Shown here: piece by piece, positions 16,483 through 26,811 of the stretch
How positions within the stretch are numbered: the stretch's first letter is position 1
Layout: each line of letters begins with the position of its first letter
Assembly (NCBI RefSeq): GCF_001644705.1
Contig: NZ_CP015137.1
Coordinates: 4,080,001-4,112,000 of the forward strand
DNA length: 32,000 bases
Direction: 5' to 3'
From: Dickeya solani IPO 2222
Lineage (GTDB): Bacteria; Pseudomonadota; Gammaproteobacteria; Enterobacterales; Enterobacteriaceae
Program-made: the position numbers and the translations under genes
The notes under the pieces: generated by a model
The model's input: only the letters and a program-made list of their open reading frames with translations
Databases searched by the model: none
Told to the model about the DNA's origin: nothing

Positions 16483-18474
16483 TCAGTGGGGCAGACCGTA
16501 ACCGAACGGAAACAGCGGTTTATTGCTGTCGTACGGCAGGTCGGGCTGCTGTCTCAGCACCGCCTGCATGGACGACGGCAGCTCGAAAGGCAATTTTGCG
16601 GTGTAAGCCGCGCCGGAAACCAGCCGGTTCAGCAACACGCTATCGCTGACGCCGAAGTTGGCGACCAGCGCCCGGGTTTTGTCCACGACGTTGGTGAGGA
16701 TCGCCGGTCGCTCCATATAGACGGTGACCAGCGTCGGCACGCGGGCGCTGGCGCGCACGATAGCCTGATAGTCCGGGTTGTCCGCGCGAAACGCCAGCGA
16801 CCCTTCATGGTGACGGCTGCCGAAGAAGAAGTTTTTGTGCGGCTGCTCGTACGGGGTGTGGGTGCGAATCAGCGCCACGTCCGCTTGCTCCGGCGTATCC
16901 ACGACGATAAATCCCGCCGCCTGCGCGGCTTTTGCGTCAATGCCGTGCAGCCAGACCCGGCTGCCTTTGCGCAGCGGCAGCAGATTGTTGTTTTGCAGCA
17001 ATACCAGCGCCCGCGCCTGGGTATCGTCTGCCAACTGTTGCCAGTCCGCTCTGCCGACGATATCGCCGGCCTGCGCCGCATTGACGTAGGGGCGCTCGAA
17101 TAACCCGGTCTGGAATTTCTGCTTCAGAATACGGTTGACCGAAGTGTCCAGCCGGGCTTCGCTCAGCAGGCCGTCTTGCACCGCTTTCACCAGCACGGCC
17201 GAGTCGGTTACGCCGCCGAACTGATCCACCCCGGCGTTAACCGCCTTGATGAACCGCTCGGCGGGCGTCAGGTTTTCCACGCCCCACGGCATGCCGCGCG
17301 GTACCGGTTTTTCGCCGGGTTTAACGCCGGTCAGGCAGTCGCCTTTGCAGTCATTGGTGATCAGCCAGTCGCTGAGGATCACGCCATCGAAACCGTACTG
17401 GCCGCGCAGCAGGTCAGTCAGCAGGAAACGGTTGAACCCGGCGCCGACTTGCTCAATCGGTTTACCGTGCCAACGGGCGTTGCGCAGGATGGAGTAGGTG
17501 GGCATGATGCCGGCGGCATGGGCTTCAAACGCGCCGGTAAACGGGTCGATATGCCACTGCAAATTGTTTTGACGGAATAAGGCGTATTTGCCGTAAGCGT
17601 TGTGGCTGTCCCAGCCGTCCTGCGCCGCCCCGTAGCCGACCCAGTGTTTCACCACCGAAATCACGCTCTGGTTGTTGAGGCCGCTTTTGCCGTTCTGCAT
17701 GCCGGTGACGTAACCGCGCACCATCTTTTTGGTCAGGTCCGGGTCTTCGCCGAAGGTGCCGTCGATACGTGGCCAGCGTGGTTCGGTCGACAGGTCGGCC
17801 TGGGGCGACAGCGCTTCGGTGATGCCGACCGCGCGGTATTCCTGACGCACGATATCAGCAAAGCGCCGCACCTGCTCCTCGTCGCCGATGGCGGCCAGAC
17901 CGAGGGTTTCCGGCCATTTGCTGAATTTGCCGACCGACACGCTGACGCCGACCAGCGACTGGAATGAATTGCGCGGGTCGGTGCTGATGGTGGCGGGGAT
18001 ACCCAACCGGGTGGCTTCCGCCAGTTGCTGTAGCTTGTTGTTCTCTTCCGCCATCTGGGCCGGGTTATCGCCGGATAGCCGGGTAATAAAGCTGTTGACG
18101 TGGCGCTCGGCGATCATGGCTTTGGCGGCGTTGAGGTCGTACTGGCTACCGGCGCCGGTAACGCTGCCGGCGGTGGGGGCGGAGCCGTGCATCATCACGC
18201 CGGCCTTTTCGTCCAACGTCATGCGCGACACCAGATCCGCTGCGCGTTGCGCCGGCGGCAGGCGCCAGTCTTCGTACGGATTGAGTTTGCCGTCGCGGTT
18301 CAGGTCCTTGAATGCCAGGCCGTCGACTTTTATCAGCGGGGCTTCGCGGGTGTCGAGCGTGGCCTGTTGCACCGCCTCCGCCAGTGGAGAAAACATTAAG
18401 GGTAGGGTGGCAACCCAGGGCAGAACCACCGCGGTGTGCGGCGAGAATCGTGATGTCATAGTCGTTTTTCTCAT
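16483..18474 (-). CDS. Periplasmic glycoside hydrolase family 3 enzyme (beta-glucosidase / exo-glycosidase)
   Basis: GH3 signatures are KHWVGYG and GFDGVILSDW (nucleophile Asp). The N-terminal signal peptide is ...VVLPWVATLPLMFSPLAEA. The start is uncertain (ATG 18474 or 18459). The track start at 18522 would run into the tandem repeats. Confidence 0.88.
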   Translation of the reverse strand: MRKTTMTSRFSPHTAVVLPWVATLPLMFSPLAEAVQQATLDTREAPLIKVDGLAFKDLNRDGKLNPYEDWRLPPAQRAADLVSRMTLDEKAGVMMHGSAPTAGSVTGAGSQYDLNAAKAMIAERHVNSFITRLSGDNPAQMAEENNKLQQLAEATRLGIPATISTDPRNSFQSLVGVSVSVGKFSKWPETLGLAAIGDEEQVRRFADIVRQEYRAVGITEALSPQADLSTEPRWPRIDGTFGEDPDLTKKMVRGYVTGMQNGKSGLNNQSVISVVKHWVGYGAAQDGWDSHNAYGKYALFRQNNLQWHIDPFTGAFEAHAAGIMPTYSILRNARWHGKPIEQVGAGFNRFLLTDLLRGQYGFDGVILSDWLITNDCKGDCLTGVKPGEKPVPRGMPWGVENLTPAERFIKAVNAGVDQFGGVTDSAVLVKAVQDGLLSEARLDTSVNRILKQKFQTGLFERPYVNAAQAGDIVGRADWQQLADDTQARALVLLQNNNLLPLRKGSRVWLHGIDAKAAQAAGFIVVDTPEQADVALIRTHTPYEQPHKNFFFGSRHHEGSLAFRADNPDYQAIVRASARVPTLVTVYMERPAILTNVVDKTRALVANFGVSDSVLLNRLVSGAAYTAKLPFELPSSMQAVLRQQPDLPYDSNKPLFPFGYGLPH

Positions 18475-18518
18475 TATGTATGGGCCAGAGGGAAAAAACA
18501 GCGAGCGCCCGCGCGAGT

Positions 18519-18620
18519 TCAACGCGGCAGATCGTTCAACGCGACAGGCTATTCAGTGCGACAAACTATTCAGTACGACAAACCTGTCAGCGCGACAAAC
18601 CAGTCAGCACGACAGACCAT
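18519..18620. repeat. Six head-to-tail imperfect 17-bp tandem repeats, consensus TCA(G/A)(C/T)(G/A)CGACA(A/G)(A/G)C(C/T)(A/T)(T/G)
   Basis: Units at 18519, 18536, 18553, 18570, 18587 and 18604: tcaacgcggcagatcgt, tcaacgcgacaggctat, tcagtgcgacaaactat, tcagtacgacaaacctg, tcagcgcgacaaaccag, tcagcacgacagaccat. The array starts 45 bp upstream of the GH3 start. Confidence 0.85.
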
Positions 18621-18660
18621 CGGAAAAAAGCCAGGACAGGCTGTGTCTGCTGAATGAAAT

Positions 18661-18682
18661 AACGGTGAGCGAACGGTGAGCG
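18661..18682. repeat. Perfect 11-bp tandem duplication (aacggtgagcg x2)
   Basis: Read directly: aacggtgagcgaacggtgagcg. Confidence 0.8.
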
Positions 18683-18908
18683 CCTGCAATTATTTCTTGC
18701 CACGCTATGCCAGTCTTCATTGGGGATTCAAGCAGGTAAATAACAATTCTGAAGCTGGATCAAAGAATTGGCGCAGGGGATTGCCGGTAGGTGAGAATTA
18801 TTCAATCACCATCATTAGTGATAATTTCTTATTGTGATTTTCCGATTTGAATTGCTGGCAAATAATCAGAAAGAGAGAGCAAACGTATTCGGGAAATAAA
18901 GGAAAATG

Positions 18909-18937
18909 AAACCGGGCGTTATTTATCGCCCGGTTTG
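18909..18937 (-). terminator. Rho-independent terminator of bioA
   Basis: The minus strand reads aaaccgggcg-ataaataa-cgcccggttt followed by cattttcc, 13 nt after the bioA stop. Confidence 0.7.
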
Positions 18938-18949
18938 AGGCGCGGGGGA

Positions 18950-20233
18950 TTACCACAACGTTGGTGTCAATACCGCTTGCCGAACCGCATTGGTTAAAGC
19001 CTGCAATTCATCCGGCTGAATAATGAAGGGCGGCATCAGGTAAATCAGTTTGCCAAACGGCCGAATCCATACCCCCTGGTCGACAAAGAACCGTTGCAGC
19101 CGCGCCATATCCACCGGCTGACGGGTTTCCACCACGCCGATAGCGCCCAATACCCGCACGTCGGCCACGGTCGGCGCGTCCCTGAGCGGCACCAACGCCT
19201 GACGCAACTGCGCCTCAATGGCGGCCACCTGCGCCTGCCAGCGGTTTTCCGCCAGCAGTGTCAGGCTGGCATGGGCCACCGCACACGCCAGCGGGTTACC
19301 CATGAAGGTCGGGCCGTGCATGAAACACCCGGCCTCGCCGTTGCTGATGGTGTCCGCCACCGCGCGGGTGGTCAGCGTGGCGGAGAGCGTCATGTAACCG
19401 CCGGTCAGCGCTTTGCCAAGGCACAGGATATCCGGCGTGACTCCGGCGTGTTCGCAGGCGAACAGGCGCCCGGTGCGGCCAAACCCGGTGGCGATTTCGT
19501 CGGCGATCAGCAGGATGCCGTATTGATCGCATCGCTGGCGGACCTGACGCAGATACTCAGGATGATAAAACCGCATGCCGCCCGCGCCCTGCACGATTGG
19601 CTCCAGGATCACGGCGGCGATCTCATGCTGATGTTGTTGCAACAGCGCGCTGAACGCGGTGATGTCTTCCGGCTGCCACGGCTGGTCAAACCGGCCGCGT
19701 GGCGCGTCGGCAAACAGATGCGGCGGCAGATATCCCTGATAGAGGCTGTGCATTGAATTTTCCGGATCGCACACCGACATGGCGCCAAAGGTATCGCCGT
19801 GATAGCCGTGCCGCAGCGTCAGGAAGCGCTGGCGGCGCTCCCCGCGTGCCTGCCAGTATTGCAGCGCCATCTTCATCGCCACTTCCACCGCGACCGAGCC
19901 GGAATCCGCCAGAAATACGCACTCCAGCGCCGCCGGGGTGATCGCCACCAGCTGGCGGCACAACGCCACCGCTGCCGGATGGGTGATGCCGCCGAACATC
20001 ACGTGCGACATCTGCGTCAGCTGATCCGTCAGCGCCTGATTCAGCCGCGGATGGTTATAGCCGTGAATGGCGGCCCACCATGAGGACATGCCATCTACCA
20101 GTTGACGACCGTCGGCCAGTTGCAGCCGGCAGCCGCTGGCGGCGGTCACCGGGTAACACGGCAGGGGGGCGGTCATCGAGGTGTAGGGGTGCCAGATGTG
20201 GCGCTGGTCAAAGCTCAGGTCATCCTGCGTCAT
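18950..20233 (-). CDS. bioA: Adenosylmethionine-8-amino-7-oxononanoate aminotransferase
   Basis: 427 aa from the ATG at 20233 ([20 protein letters not shown], compared with E. coli [20 protein letters not shown]). It has class-III aminotransferase motifs, and the PLP lysine lies in the CLGKALTGG context. Confidence 0.95.
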   Translation of the reverse strand: MTQDDLSFDQRHIWHPYTSMTAPLPCYPVTAASGCRLQLADGRQLVDGMSSWWAAIHGYNHPRLNQALTDQLTQMSHVMFGGITHPAAVALCRQLVAITPAALECVFLADSGSVAVEVAMKMALQYWQARGERRQRFLTLRHGYHGDTFGAMSVCDPENSMHSLYQGYLPPHLFADAPRGRFDQPWQPEDITAFSALLQQHQHEIAAVILEPIVQGAGGMRFYHPEYLRQVRQRCDQYGILLIADEIATGFGRTGRLFACEHAGVTPDILCLGKALTGGYMTLSATLTTRAVADTISNGEAGCFMHGPTFMGNPLACAVAHASLTLLAENRWQAQVAAIEAQLRQALVPLRDAPTVADVRVLGAIGVVETRQPVDMARLQRFFVDQGVWIRPFGKLIYLMPPFIIQPDELQALTNAVRQAVLTPTLW

Positions 20234-20235
20234 AC

Positions 20236-20269
20236 TTGTAAACCAATTTGGTATCAATTTGGTTGACAG
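20236..20269. promoter_or_regulatory. bioO: bio operator (BirA binding site) between divergent bioA and bioBFCD
   Basis: TTGTAAACCaatttggtatcaatttGGTTGACAG closely resembles E. coli bioO as I recall it (TTGTAAACCaaattgaaaagatttaGGTTTACAAG). Confidence 0.75.
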
Positions 20270-20320
20270 TATACCCACATAAACTACACTGACGAGACTT
20301 TTTTACCCGGAGCAATGATG

Positions 20321-21358
20321 ATGACCGAACGCGTAAACTGGACACTGGAACAGGCGCAGGCCCTGTTCGATAAGCCGTTTCTGGAACTGATGTTTGAAGC
20401 GCAACAGGTGCACCGTCAGCACTTTGATCCCCGTCAGGTGCAGGTCAGCACGCTGTTATCCATCAAAACCGGCGCCTGCCCGGAAGACTGTAAATACTGC
20501 CCGCAAAGCGCTCGCTACCGCACCGGCATTGAAACCGAACGGCTGATGCAGGTCGAGCAGGTGCTGGATTCAGCCCGTCAGGCCAAAGCGGCTGGTTCTA
20601 CCCGTTTCTGCATGGGCGCGGCGTGGAAAAATCCCCATGAGCGCGATATGCCGTATCTGGAATCGATGGTGCGCGGCGTAAAAGAGCTGGGCATGGAAAC
20701 CTGCATGACGCTGGGCACGTTGCATGGCGATCAGGCTGAACGGCTGGCGTCGGCCGGGCTCGATTTCTACAACCACAATCTGGACACGTCGCCGGAATTT
20801 TACGGCAATATCATCACCACCCGCACTTATCAGGAACGGCTGGACACGCTGGGCAAAGTGCGTGGGGCGGGGATTAAAGTGTGCTCCGGCGGCATCGTTG
20901 GCCTGGGGGAAACGGTGCGCGACCGCGCCGGGCTGTTGGTGCAACTGGCGAATCTGCCGACGCCGCCGGAAAGCGTGCCGATCAACATGCTGGTGAAAGT
21001 GAAGGGGACGCCGCTGGCGGAAACCGAGGATGTGGACCCGTTCGATTTTATCCGCACCATCGCCGTGGCGCGCATCATGATGCCGGCTTCCTACGTGCGG
21101 CTGTCGGCCGGGCGCGAACAAATGAGCGAGCAGACGCAGGCGATGTGTTTCATGGCCGGCGCCAATTCGATCTTCTACGGCTGCAAGCTGTTGACCACGC
21201 CGAACCCGAAAGAAGACAAGGACCTGCAGCTGTTCCGCAAACTGGGGCTTAACCCGCAGCAGACCCAGACCGAATATGGCGACAACCAGCAACAGCAGCA
21301 GCTGACCGAACGACTGCTGCACGCCGACACCGAGCATTACTACAACGCGGCGGTGTAA
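20321..21358 (+). CDS. bioB: Biotin synthase
   Basis: Radical-SAM motif [11 protein letters not shown], and near-colinear with E. coli BioB. There are three consecutive ATGs at 20315, 20318 and 20321. GGAG at 20309-20312 and alignment to E. coli favour 20318 or 20321. Confidence 0.95.
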   Translation: MTERVNWTLEQAQALFDKPFLELMFEAQQVHRQHFDPRQVQVSTLLSIKTGACPEDCKYCPQSARYRTGIETERLMQVEQVLDSARQAKAAGSTRFCMGAAWKNPHERDMPYLESMVRGVKELGMETCMTLGTLHGDQAERLASAGLDFYNHNLDTSPEFYGNIITTRTYQERLDTLGKVRGAGIKVCSGGIVGLGETVRDRAGLLVQLANLPTPPESVPINMLVKVKGTPLAETEDVDPFDFIRTIAVARIMMPASYVRLSAGREQMSEQTQAMCFMAGANSIFYGCKLLTTPNPKEDKDLQLFRKLGLNPQQTQTEYGDNQQQQQLTERLLHADTEHYYNAAV

Positions 21359-22513
21359 ATGGGCTGGCAACAACGGATCGATCGGGCGTTGGCGCAGCGG
21401 CAGGCGGAGGACGCCTACCGGGTACGCTTGCCCAATGGCGGCGGCAGCGGTCGCTGGCTGGTGCGCCAGCCGCATCGTTACCTCAATTTCTCCTGCAATG
21501 ACTATCTGGGGCTGAGTCAGCATCCGGCGATTGTGCGCGCCTGGCAGCAGGGCGCCGAGCGCTACGGCGTGGGCAGCGGCGGTTCCGGCCATGTGACCGG
21601 GTATACCACCGCGCATGAGCAACTGGAACAGCAACTGGCGGACTGGCTGGGGTACGACCGGGCGCTGTTGATGATCTCCGGGTTTGCCGCCAATCAGGCG
21701 GTGGTGACGGCGCTGCTGACGGAGGGGGACCGTATTCTGGCGGATCGCCTCAGCCATGCCTCGCTACTGGAGGCGGCCAGCCTGTCGCCCGCCACCTTAC
21801 GCCGCTTTCACCATAATCAGCCGGATTCGTTGCAGCAACTGCTGGAGAAACCGGTCAGCGGCCAGACGCTGGTGGTCACCGAAGGGGTGTTCAGTATGGA
21901 TGGCGACACCGCGCCGCTGGCGGCGTTGCACTCGCGCTGCCGCGATCGTGGCGCCTGGCTGATGGTGGATGATGCTCACGGTATCGGCACCGTCGGAGAA
22001 CAGGGGCGCGGTTGTAGCTGGCAGCAAGGGGTGAAACCCGAATTGCTGATTGTCACTTTCGGCAAAGCGTTTGGCGCTAGCGGGGCAGCGGTGTTGTGCA
22101 GCCAGCCGGTGGCGGAATACCTGTTGCAGTTCGCTCGTCACCTGATTTACAGCACCGCCATGCCACCGGCGCAGGCGTGCGCGCTGGACGCGGCGCTGAC
22201 GGTCGTTCGTGGCGCCGATGGTGAGGCGCGACGTGCCGCGCTGGCGCAAACGGTCCGCCGTTTTCGCGACGGTGCGGCCGGGCTGCCGTTTCGCCTGCTG
22301 GCGTCGGAGAGCGCGATTCAACCGCTGATTGTCGGCGATAACGCCTGGGCGCTGGCGCTGGCGCATCAACTGCGCGCGCAAGGGCTGTGGGTGAACGCCA
22401 TACGGCCGCCCACCGTGCCGCCGGGCACCGCCCGCCTGCGTATTACCCTGACCGCCAGTCATCAGCCGGAGGATATCGACCGTCTGCTGGAGGTGTTGTA
22501 TGACGCCGGTTAA
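21359..22513 (+). CDS. bioF: 8-amino-7-oxononanoate synthase
   Basis: 384 aa. The ATG directly follows the bioB stop. The PLP-lysine context is [12 protein letters not shown], and the layout is that of the alpha-oxoamine synthase family. Confidence 0.95.
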   Translation: MGWQQRIDRALAQRQAEDAYRVRLPNGGGSGRWLVRQPHRYLNFSCNDYLGLSQHPAIVRAWQQGAERYGVGSGGSGHVTGYTTAHEQLEQQLADWLGYDRALLMISGFAANQAVVTALLTEGDRILADRLSHASLLEAASLSPATLRRFHHNQPDSLQQLLEKPVSGQTLVVTEGVFSMDGDTAPLAALHSRCRDRGAWLMVDDAHGIGTVGEQGRGCSWQQGVKPELLIVTFGKAFGASGAAVLCSQPVAEYLLQFARHLIYSTAMPPAQACALDAALTVVRGADGEARRAALAQTVRRFRDGAAGLPFRLLASESAIQPLIVGDNAWALALAHQLRAQGLWVNAIRPPTVPPGTARLRITLTASHQPEDIDRLLEVLYDAG

Positions 22514-23282
22514 CGATTCCTCTCTGTCGCCTCCTCCCCACAAACAGGCGATTGCCCGCGCTTTCGGCCGGGCAGCCGGGTATTACGACCGCTTTGCCGC
22601 CTTGCAGCGCGAAAGTGGGGAACAGTTGATGACGCTGGTCGGCAACCATGCCGGCAGCGAGGTGCTGGATGCCGGCTGCGGCACCGGCTATTTCAGTGCT
22701 CGCTGGTTGGCGAGCGGAAAACAGGTAACGGCGCTGGATTTGTCGACGGAGATGCTGGCGATAGCGCGTCAGCGGCGGGCGGCGACGCGCTATCTGCAGG
22801 GCGATATCGAACATCTGCCGCTAGCGGATGGCAGTGTGGATATCAGCTTTAGCAACATGGCGATGCAGTGGTGCGACGATTTCGACGCCGGACTGGCTGA
22901 ACTTTACCGGGTCACCCGGCCGGGCGGGGCGATTGCCATCTGCACTCTGGCGGAAGGAACGCTGGCTGAGTTGGATGCGGCCTGGCAGCAACTGGACGGC
23001 TCCCGGCGCATTAATCGTTTTATGTCGCTGGAGGCGATCGCTTCCGCCTGCCGCCTCTACCACGCCGACGTATCGTTGGCGCCGGTGACCTGCTATTTCC
23101 CCGATGTGCTGAGCCTGATGCGTTCGGTCAAAGGGGTGGGCGCCACCTGGCTGCGTGACGGCCGTGAACACGGCGGCCTGAGTCGCCGGCAACTGACGGC
23201 GCTGACCACGCATTATGCCCGCCATCCGCAGGGTTATCCCCTGACGTATCAACGTGTTTTTGGAGTGATTTATCGTGACTGA
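22500..23282 (+). CDS. bioC: Malonyl-ACP O-methyltransferase
   Basis: SAM-binding motif [10 protein letters not shown]. It aligns with E. coli BioC ([12 protein letters not shown], ...[15 protein letters not shown]) and overlaps the bioF 3' end by 14 nt. Confidence 0.9.
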   Translation: MTPVNDSSLSPPPHKQAIARAFGRAAGYYDRFAALQRESGEQLMTLVGNHAGSEVLDAGCGTGYFSARWLASGKQVTALDLSTEMLAIARQRRAATRYLQGDIEHLPLADGSVDISFSNMAMQWCDDFDAGLAELYRVTRPGGAIAICTLAEGTLAELDAAWQQLDGSRRINRFMSLEAIASACRLYHADVSLAPVTCYFPDVLSLMRSVKGVGATWLRDGREHGGLSRRQLTALTTHYARHPQGYPLTYQRVFGVIYRD

Positions 23283-23955
23283 ACGCTGGTTTGTTACCGG
23301 AACCGACACCGAAGTAGGCAAGACCGTCGCCAGCGTGGCGCTGTTGCAGGCCGCCCGTCACGCCGGATACCGTACCGCCGGGTATAAACCGGTGGCCTCC
23401 GGCTGCGAGGTGACGCCGCACGGCATCCGCAACGGCGATGCCTTACAGTTGCAGGCCAACAGCAGCGTGACGCTGCCTTACGACGCGGTCAACCCGTTGG
23501 CGTTTCTGGAGCCGACGTCGCCCCATATCGTCAGCGCCGCGGAAAACCGACCGATTGCCTTTTCCACCCTCAGCGGCGGTTTGCGCGCGCTGGAACGGCA
23601 GGCGGACTGGGTGCTGGTAGAGGGCGCCGGCGGCTGGTTTACGCCGCTTTCCGGGCGCCATACCTTCGCCGACTGGGTGCGGGAAGAGACGCTGCCGGTG
23701 ATTCTGGTGGTGGGGGTGAAGCTGGGGTGCATCAACCACGCCATGTTGACGGCGCAGGCGGTGCAGCAAGCCGGTTTGCGTCTGGCGGGCTGGGTCGCCA
23801 ACGTTATTCAGCCGCCCGGCCGGCATCATCACGCCTACCTGCAAACGTTGCAAGAGCGGATTCCGGCGCCGTTGCTGGGGGAAATCCCTCATTTATCCGA
23901 GCCAATTCAGCAGGATATTGGCGATTACTTAAACATCACTTTACTGAGAGGTTAA
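23275..23955 (+). CDS. bioD: Dethiobiotin synthetase (GTG start)
   Basis: [27 protein letters not shown] compares with E. coli MSKRYFVTGTDTEVGKTVASCALLQAA. It overlaps the bioC stop. Confidence 0.95.
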   Translation: MTERWFVTGTDTEVGKTVASVALLQAARHAGYRTAGYKPVASGCEVTPHGIRNGDALQLQANSSVTLPYDAVNPLAFLEPTSPHIVSAAENRPIAFSTLSGGLRALERQADWVLVEGAGGWFTPLSGRHTFADWVREETLPVILVVGVKLGCINHAMLTAQAVQQAGLRLAGWVANVIQPPGRHHHAYLQTLQERIPAPLLGEIPHLSEPIQQDIGDYLNITLLRG

Positions 23956-24215
23956 CGATTCTGAGTGAATGTTGCGTGAATCGTGGCTTTTTCCCTTCTT
24001 CTGGTTGAAATCGATAGAAAAAACCATCTTGAAAACGAGTGTTAAATCCACTGGGCAGCAGTTTTTCTTCTTGCTAAGTCTGTGTCATTTAGCACTTTTT
24101 TTTATAATGATCGCCGGGTCAAACATGGAAATCTTGTTTAAAAGCGCCTTGCGCTGTCGTGGCGGCAAAAGACGGTGAAAGACGGCAATACAGGAGGCGC
24201 GGGCGCTTGTGGGAG

Positions 24216-24238
24216 TTATCCACCATTTCTGTGGATAA
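24216..24238. promoter_or_regulatory. Inverted pair of DnaA boxes upstream of uvrB
   Basis: TTATCCACC (8/9 match) and TGTGGATAA (9/9, the reverse complement of TTATCCACA), separated by 5 nt. The E. coli uvrB upstream region (P3) is known to contain a DnaA box. Confidence 0.6.
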
Positions 24239-24257
24239 CTGTGTGCATTAGGGTTAG

Positions 24258-24290
24258 AAAAAACCCGCCAGCCAAGAGCTGGCGCGGGTT
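24258..24290 (-). terminator. Orphan rho-independent terminator reading on the minus strand, in the bioD-uvrB spacer
   Basis: The minus strand reads aacccgcgccagc-tcttg-gctggcgggtt followed by tttttt. The stem is 11 bp with a 2-nt bulge. No credible minus-strand gene ends here. Confidence 0.55.
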
Positions 24291-24541
24291 GCGCCTGGTT
24301 TGATGCTAATCTCTGCTTTTTTATAAAGTATTTAAAAATCAAATAATTATTTAAAAGCAAGTCACTTTTATTGCAGCGAGACCCGTTTGAATAAATCACC
24401 GGCACTGGTCGTAGCAGATAATTTGAGAAACTGCATTTCTGGGGATAAATGCGTCATTTTTTTCTGGATTAGCGGCATCACTCTGTGCTAGTCAACCAGG
24501 ACGCTATCGTTGTGCCGGCAATGGTTAAGAATTGCTTGATG

Positions 24542-24557
24542 CTGTTTTTATATCCAG
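24542..24557. promoter_or_regulatory. LexA (SOS) box of uvrB
   Basis: CTGTttttatatCCAG fits CTG-N10-CAG and nearly matches the E. coli uvrB box CTGTTTTTTTATCCAG. It lies 130-145 bp upstream of the uvrB ATG. Confidence 0.8.
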
Positions 24558-24686
24558 TAATATGTGGCTGGCAAATCTGACCGGGGATTTTCATACTAAG
24601 TTGTGTGTTTCTCTGTCGACGATGCTGGCCTAACCGCTAATGTCCGTTGCGCGATTCCAACCGTTTTTTATCCGGGTGTCTTATCC

Positions 24687-26699
24687 ATGAGTAAAGCGTT
24701 CAAACTGTATTCTGATTTCAAACCCGCCGGCGACCAGCCAGAGGCGATACGCCGCCTGGAAGAAGGGCTGGAAGACGGGCTGGCGCACCAGACGCTGCTG
24801 GGGGTGACGGGGTCCGGTAAAACGTTCACCATCGCCAACGTGATCGCCGACCTTAACCGGCCGACGATGGTACTGGCGCCCAACAAAACGCTGGCGGCGC
24901 AGCTGTATGGCGAGATGAAAGCATTTTTTCCGGAGAATGCGGTGGAGTATTTCGTCTCTTACTACGATTACTACCAGCCCGAAGCCTACGTGCCGAGTTC
25001 GGACACTTTCATCGAGAAGGACGCCTCGGTCAACGAACACATCGAACAGATGCGATTGTCCGCCACCAAGGCGCTGCTGGAACGACGCGACGTGGTGGTG
25101 GTGGCGTCGGTGTCCGCCATTTACGGTCTGGGCGATCCGGACCTGTATCTGAAGATGATGCTGCATCTGACGCAGGGCATGCTGATCGACCAGCGCGCCA
25201 TCCTGCGGCGGCTGGCGGAGTTGCAGTACGCCCGCAGCGATCAGGCGTTTTCGCGCGGCACCTTTCGTGTACGCGGCGAGGTCATCGATATTTTTCCGGC
25301 GGAATCCGAAGACATCGCCCTGCGGGTGGAGCTGTTCGACGAAGAAGTGGAGCGGTTGTCGCTGTTCGACCCGCTCACCGGGCATATTGTGCAGACGGTG
25401 CCGCGTTACACCATCTACCCCAAAACTCACTATGTCACGCCGCGAGAACGCATCCTGCAGGCGATGGAAGAGATCAAGGTTGAGCTGGCGGAGCGCCGTC
25501 AGGTGCTGCTGGCCAGCAATAAATTGTTGGAGGAACAGCGGCTGGCGCAGCGTACTACCTTCGATCTGGAAATGATGAATGAGCTGGGTTATTGCTCCGG
25601 CATTGAAAACTACTCCCGCTTTCTGTCCGGCCGCGGGCCGGGCGAACCGCCGCCGACGCTGTTCGACTATCTGCCGGCCGACGGTCTGCTGGTGATTGAT
25701 GAATCCCACGTCACCATTCCGCAATTGGGCGGCATGTACCGTGGCGACCGGGCGCGCAAGGAAACGCTGGTGGAGTACGGGTTTCGCCTGCCGTCGGCGC
25801 TGGACAACCGGCCGATGAAATTCGAGGAATTCGAAGCGTTGGCGCCGCAGGCGATCTATGTGTCGGCGACGCCGGGCAATTACGAGCTGGAAAAATCCGG
25901 CGGTGAGATAATCGATCAGGTGGTACGGCCGACCGGCCTGCTGGACCCGGAACTGGAAGTGCGCCCGGTGACCACGCAGGTAGATGATTTGCTGTCGGAA
26001 ATCCGCAAACGCGCCGTTATCAACGAGCGGGTGCTGGTCACCACCCTGACCAAACGGATGGCGGAAGACCTGACCGAGTATCTGGAAGAGCACGGCGAGC
26101 GGGTGCGTTACCTGCACTCCGATATTGATACCGTGGAGCGGGTGGAGATCATCCGCGACTTGCGTCTGGGCGAGTTCGACGTGCTGGTGGGCATCAACCT
26201 GCTGCGTGAAGGTCTGGACATGCCGGAAGTGTCGCTGGTGGCGATCCTGGATGCCGACAAAGAAGGGTTTCTGCGTTCGGAACGATCGTTGATTCAGACT
26301 ATTGGCCGAGCGGCGCGTAACCTCAACGGCAAGGCGATTTTGTATGCCGATAAGATCACGCCGTCGATGGAACGCGCCATGAACGAGACCCAGCGCCGTC
26401 GCGAGAGACAGCAGGCGTACAACGAGCAACACGGCATTGTGCCGCAGGGTCTGAACAAGAAGATTGGCGACATCCTGCAGATTGGTCAGTCGGCCAACGG
26501 CCGGGGTAAAGGGCGCGGCAAAAAAGCAGCCGAACCGGCAGCCCATTACCAGCAACTGTCGCCAAAAGCGCTGGATCAAAAAATCCGCGAGCTGGAAAGC
26601 CAGATGCTGGCCCATGCGCAGAATCTGGAGTTCGAGGAAGCCGCCCGTCTGCGCGACGAGATTCACGCGCTGCGCGAACAGTTTATCGCCGCGTCCTGA
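24687..26699 (+). CDS. uvrB: Excinuclease ABC subunit B
   Basis: 670 aa from the ATG at 24687 ([48 protein letters not shown]...). It is near-identical in layout to E. coli UvrB, including the C-terminal UVR domain. Confidence 0.97.
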   Translation: MSKAFKLYSDFKPAGDQPEAIRRLEEGLEDGLAHQTLLGVTGSGKTFTIANVIADLNRPTMVLAPNKTLAAQLYGEMKAFFPENAVEYFVSYYDYYQPEAYVPSSDTFIEKDASVNEHIEQMRLSATKALLERRDVVVVASVSAIYGLGDPDLYLKMMLHLTQGMLIDQRAILRRLAELQYARSDQAFSRGTFRVRGEVIDIFPAESEDIALRVELFDEEVERLSLFDPLTGHIVQTVPRYTIYPKTHYVTPRERILQAMEEIKVELAERRQVLLASNKLLEEQRLAQRTTFDLEMMNELGYCSGIENYSRFLSGRGPGEPPPTLFDYLPADGLLVIDESHVTIPQLGGMYRGDRARKETLVEYGFRLPSALDNRPMKFEEFEALAPQAIYVSATPGNYELEKSGGEIIDQVVRPTGLLDPELEVRPVTTQVDDLLSEIRKRAVINERVLVTTLTKRMAEDLTEYLEEHGERVRYLHSDIDTVERVEIIRDLRLGEFDVLVGINLLREGLDMPEVSLVAILDADKEGFLRSERSLIQTIGRAARNLNGKAILYADKITPSMERAMNETQRRRERQQAYNEQHGIVPQGLNKKIGDILQIGQSANGRGKGRGKKAAEPAAHYQQLSPKALDQKIRELESQMLAHAQNLEFEEAARLRDEIHALREQFIAAS

Positions 26700-26744
26700 T
26701 GATACTGGCGCCAGCGTTGCCGGCCCGGCCGACGGCATGGCGAT

Positions 26745-26782
26745 GCAGCGCTTATATGCAGGTGCAGCGCTTATACGCAGGT
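26745..26782. repeat. 19-bp tandem duplication with one mismatch (gcagcgcttataYgcaggt x2)
   Basis: Units at 26745-26763 and 26764-26782, in the uvrB-VOC intergenic spacer. Confidence 0.8.
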
Positions 26783-26811
26783 GTAGAGCCTATAAACAGA
26801 GAGACTGAGTG

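Noticed and set aside
18519-18620. Possibility that the 17-bp repeats are a CRISPR array or plasmid-type iterons
   Set aside because: The units are directly abutting with no spacers and are too short for CRISPR repeats. No cas or rep genes are nearby, and the 17-bp period differs from typical iterons of about 22 bp. I kept it as an unexplained tandem repeat instead.
16387-18679. Several plus-strand ORFs (238, 134, 121 and 263 aa) over the GH3 gene and its upstream repeats
   Set aside because: They are antisense to the GH3 gene. The 263-aa ORF reads through the 17-bp tandem repeats, whose period is not a multiple of 3, and has no start context.
20570-21757. 395-aa minus-strand ORF over bioB/bioF, and 248-aa ORF 21797..22543 over bioF
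   Set aside because: They are antisense to well-supported biotin genes, with low-complexity Arg/Gln/His-rich translations. They are GC-bias artefacts.
24085-24405. 106-aa minus-strand ORF in the bioD-uvrB spacer (and 69-aa ORF 23969..24178)
   Set aside because: It runs through a strong hairpin/terminator and the DnaA boxes. The sequence is AT-rich and low in complexity (NNYLIFKYFIKK), with no RBS.
24681-26738. 685-aa ORF on the minus strand spanning the whole of uvrB
   Set aside because: It is exactly antisense to a gene whose product is near-identical to E. coli UvrB. The translation is R/Q/H/L-rich and lacks recognisable motifs. Long stop-free antisense frames are expected in GC-rich, codon-biased genes.
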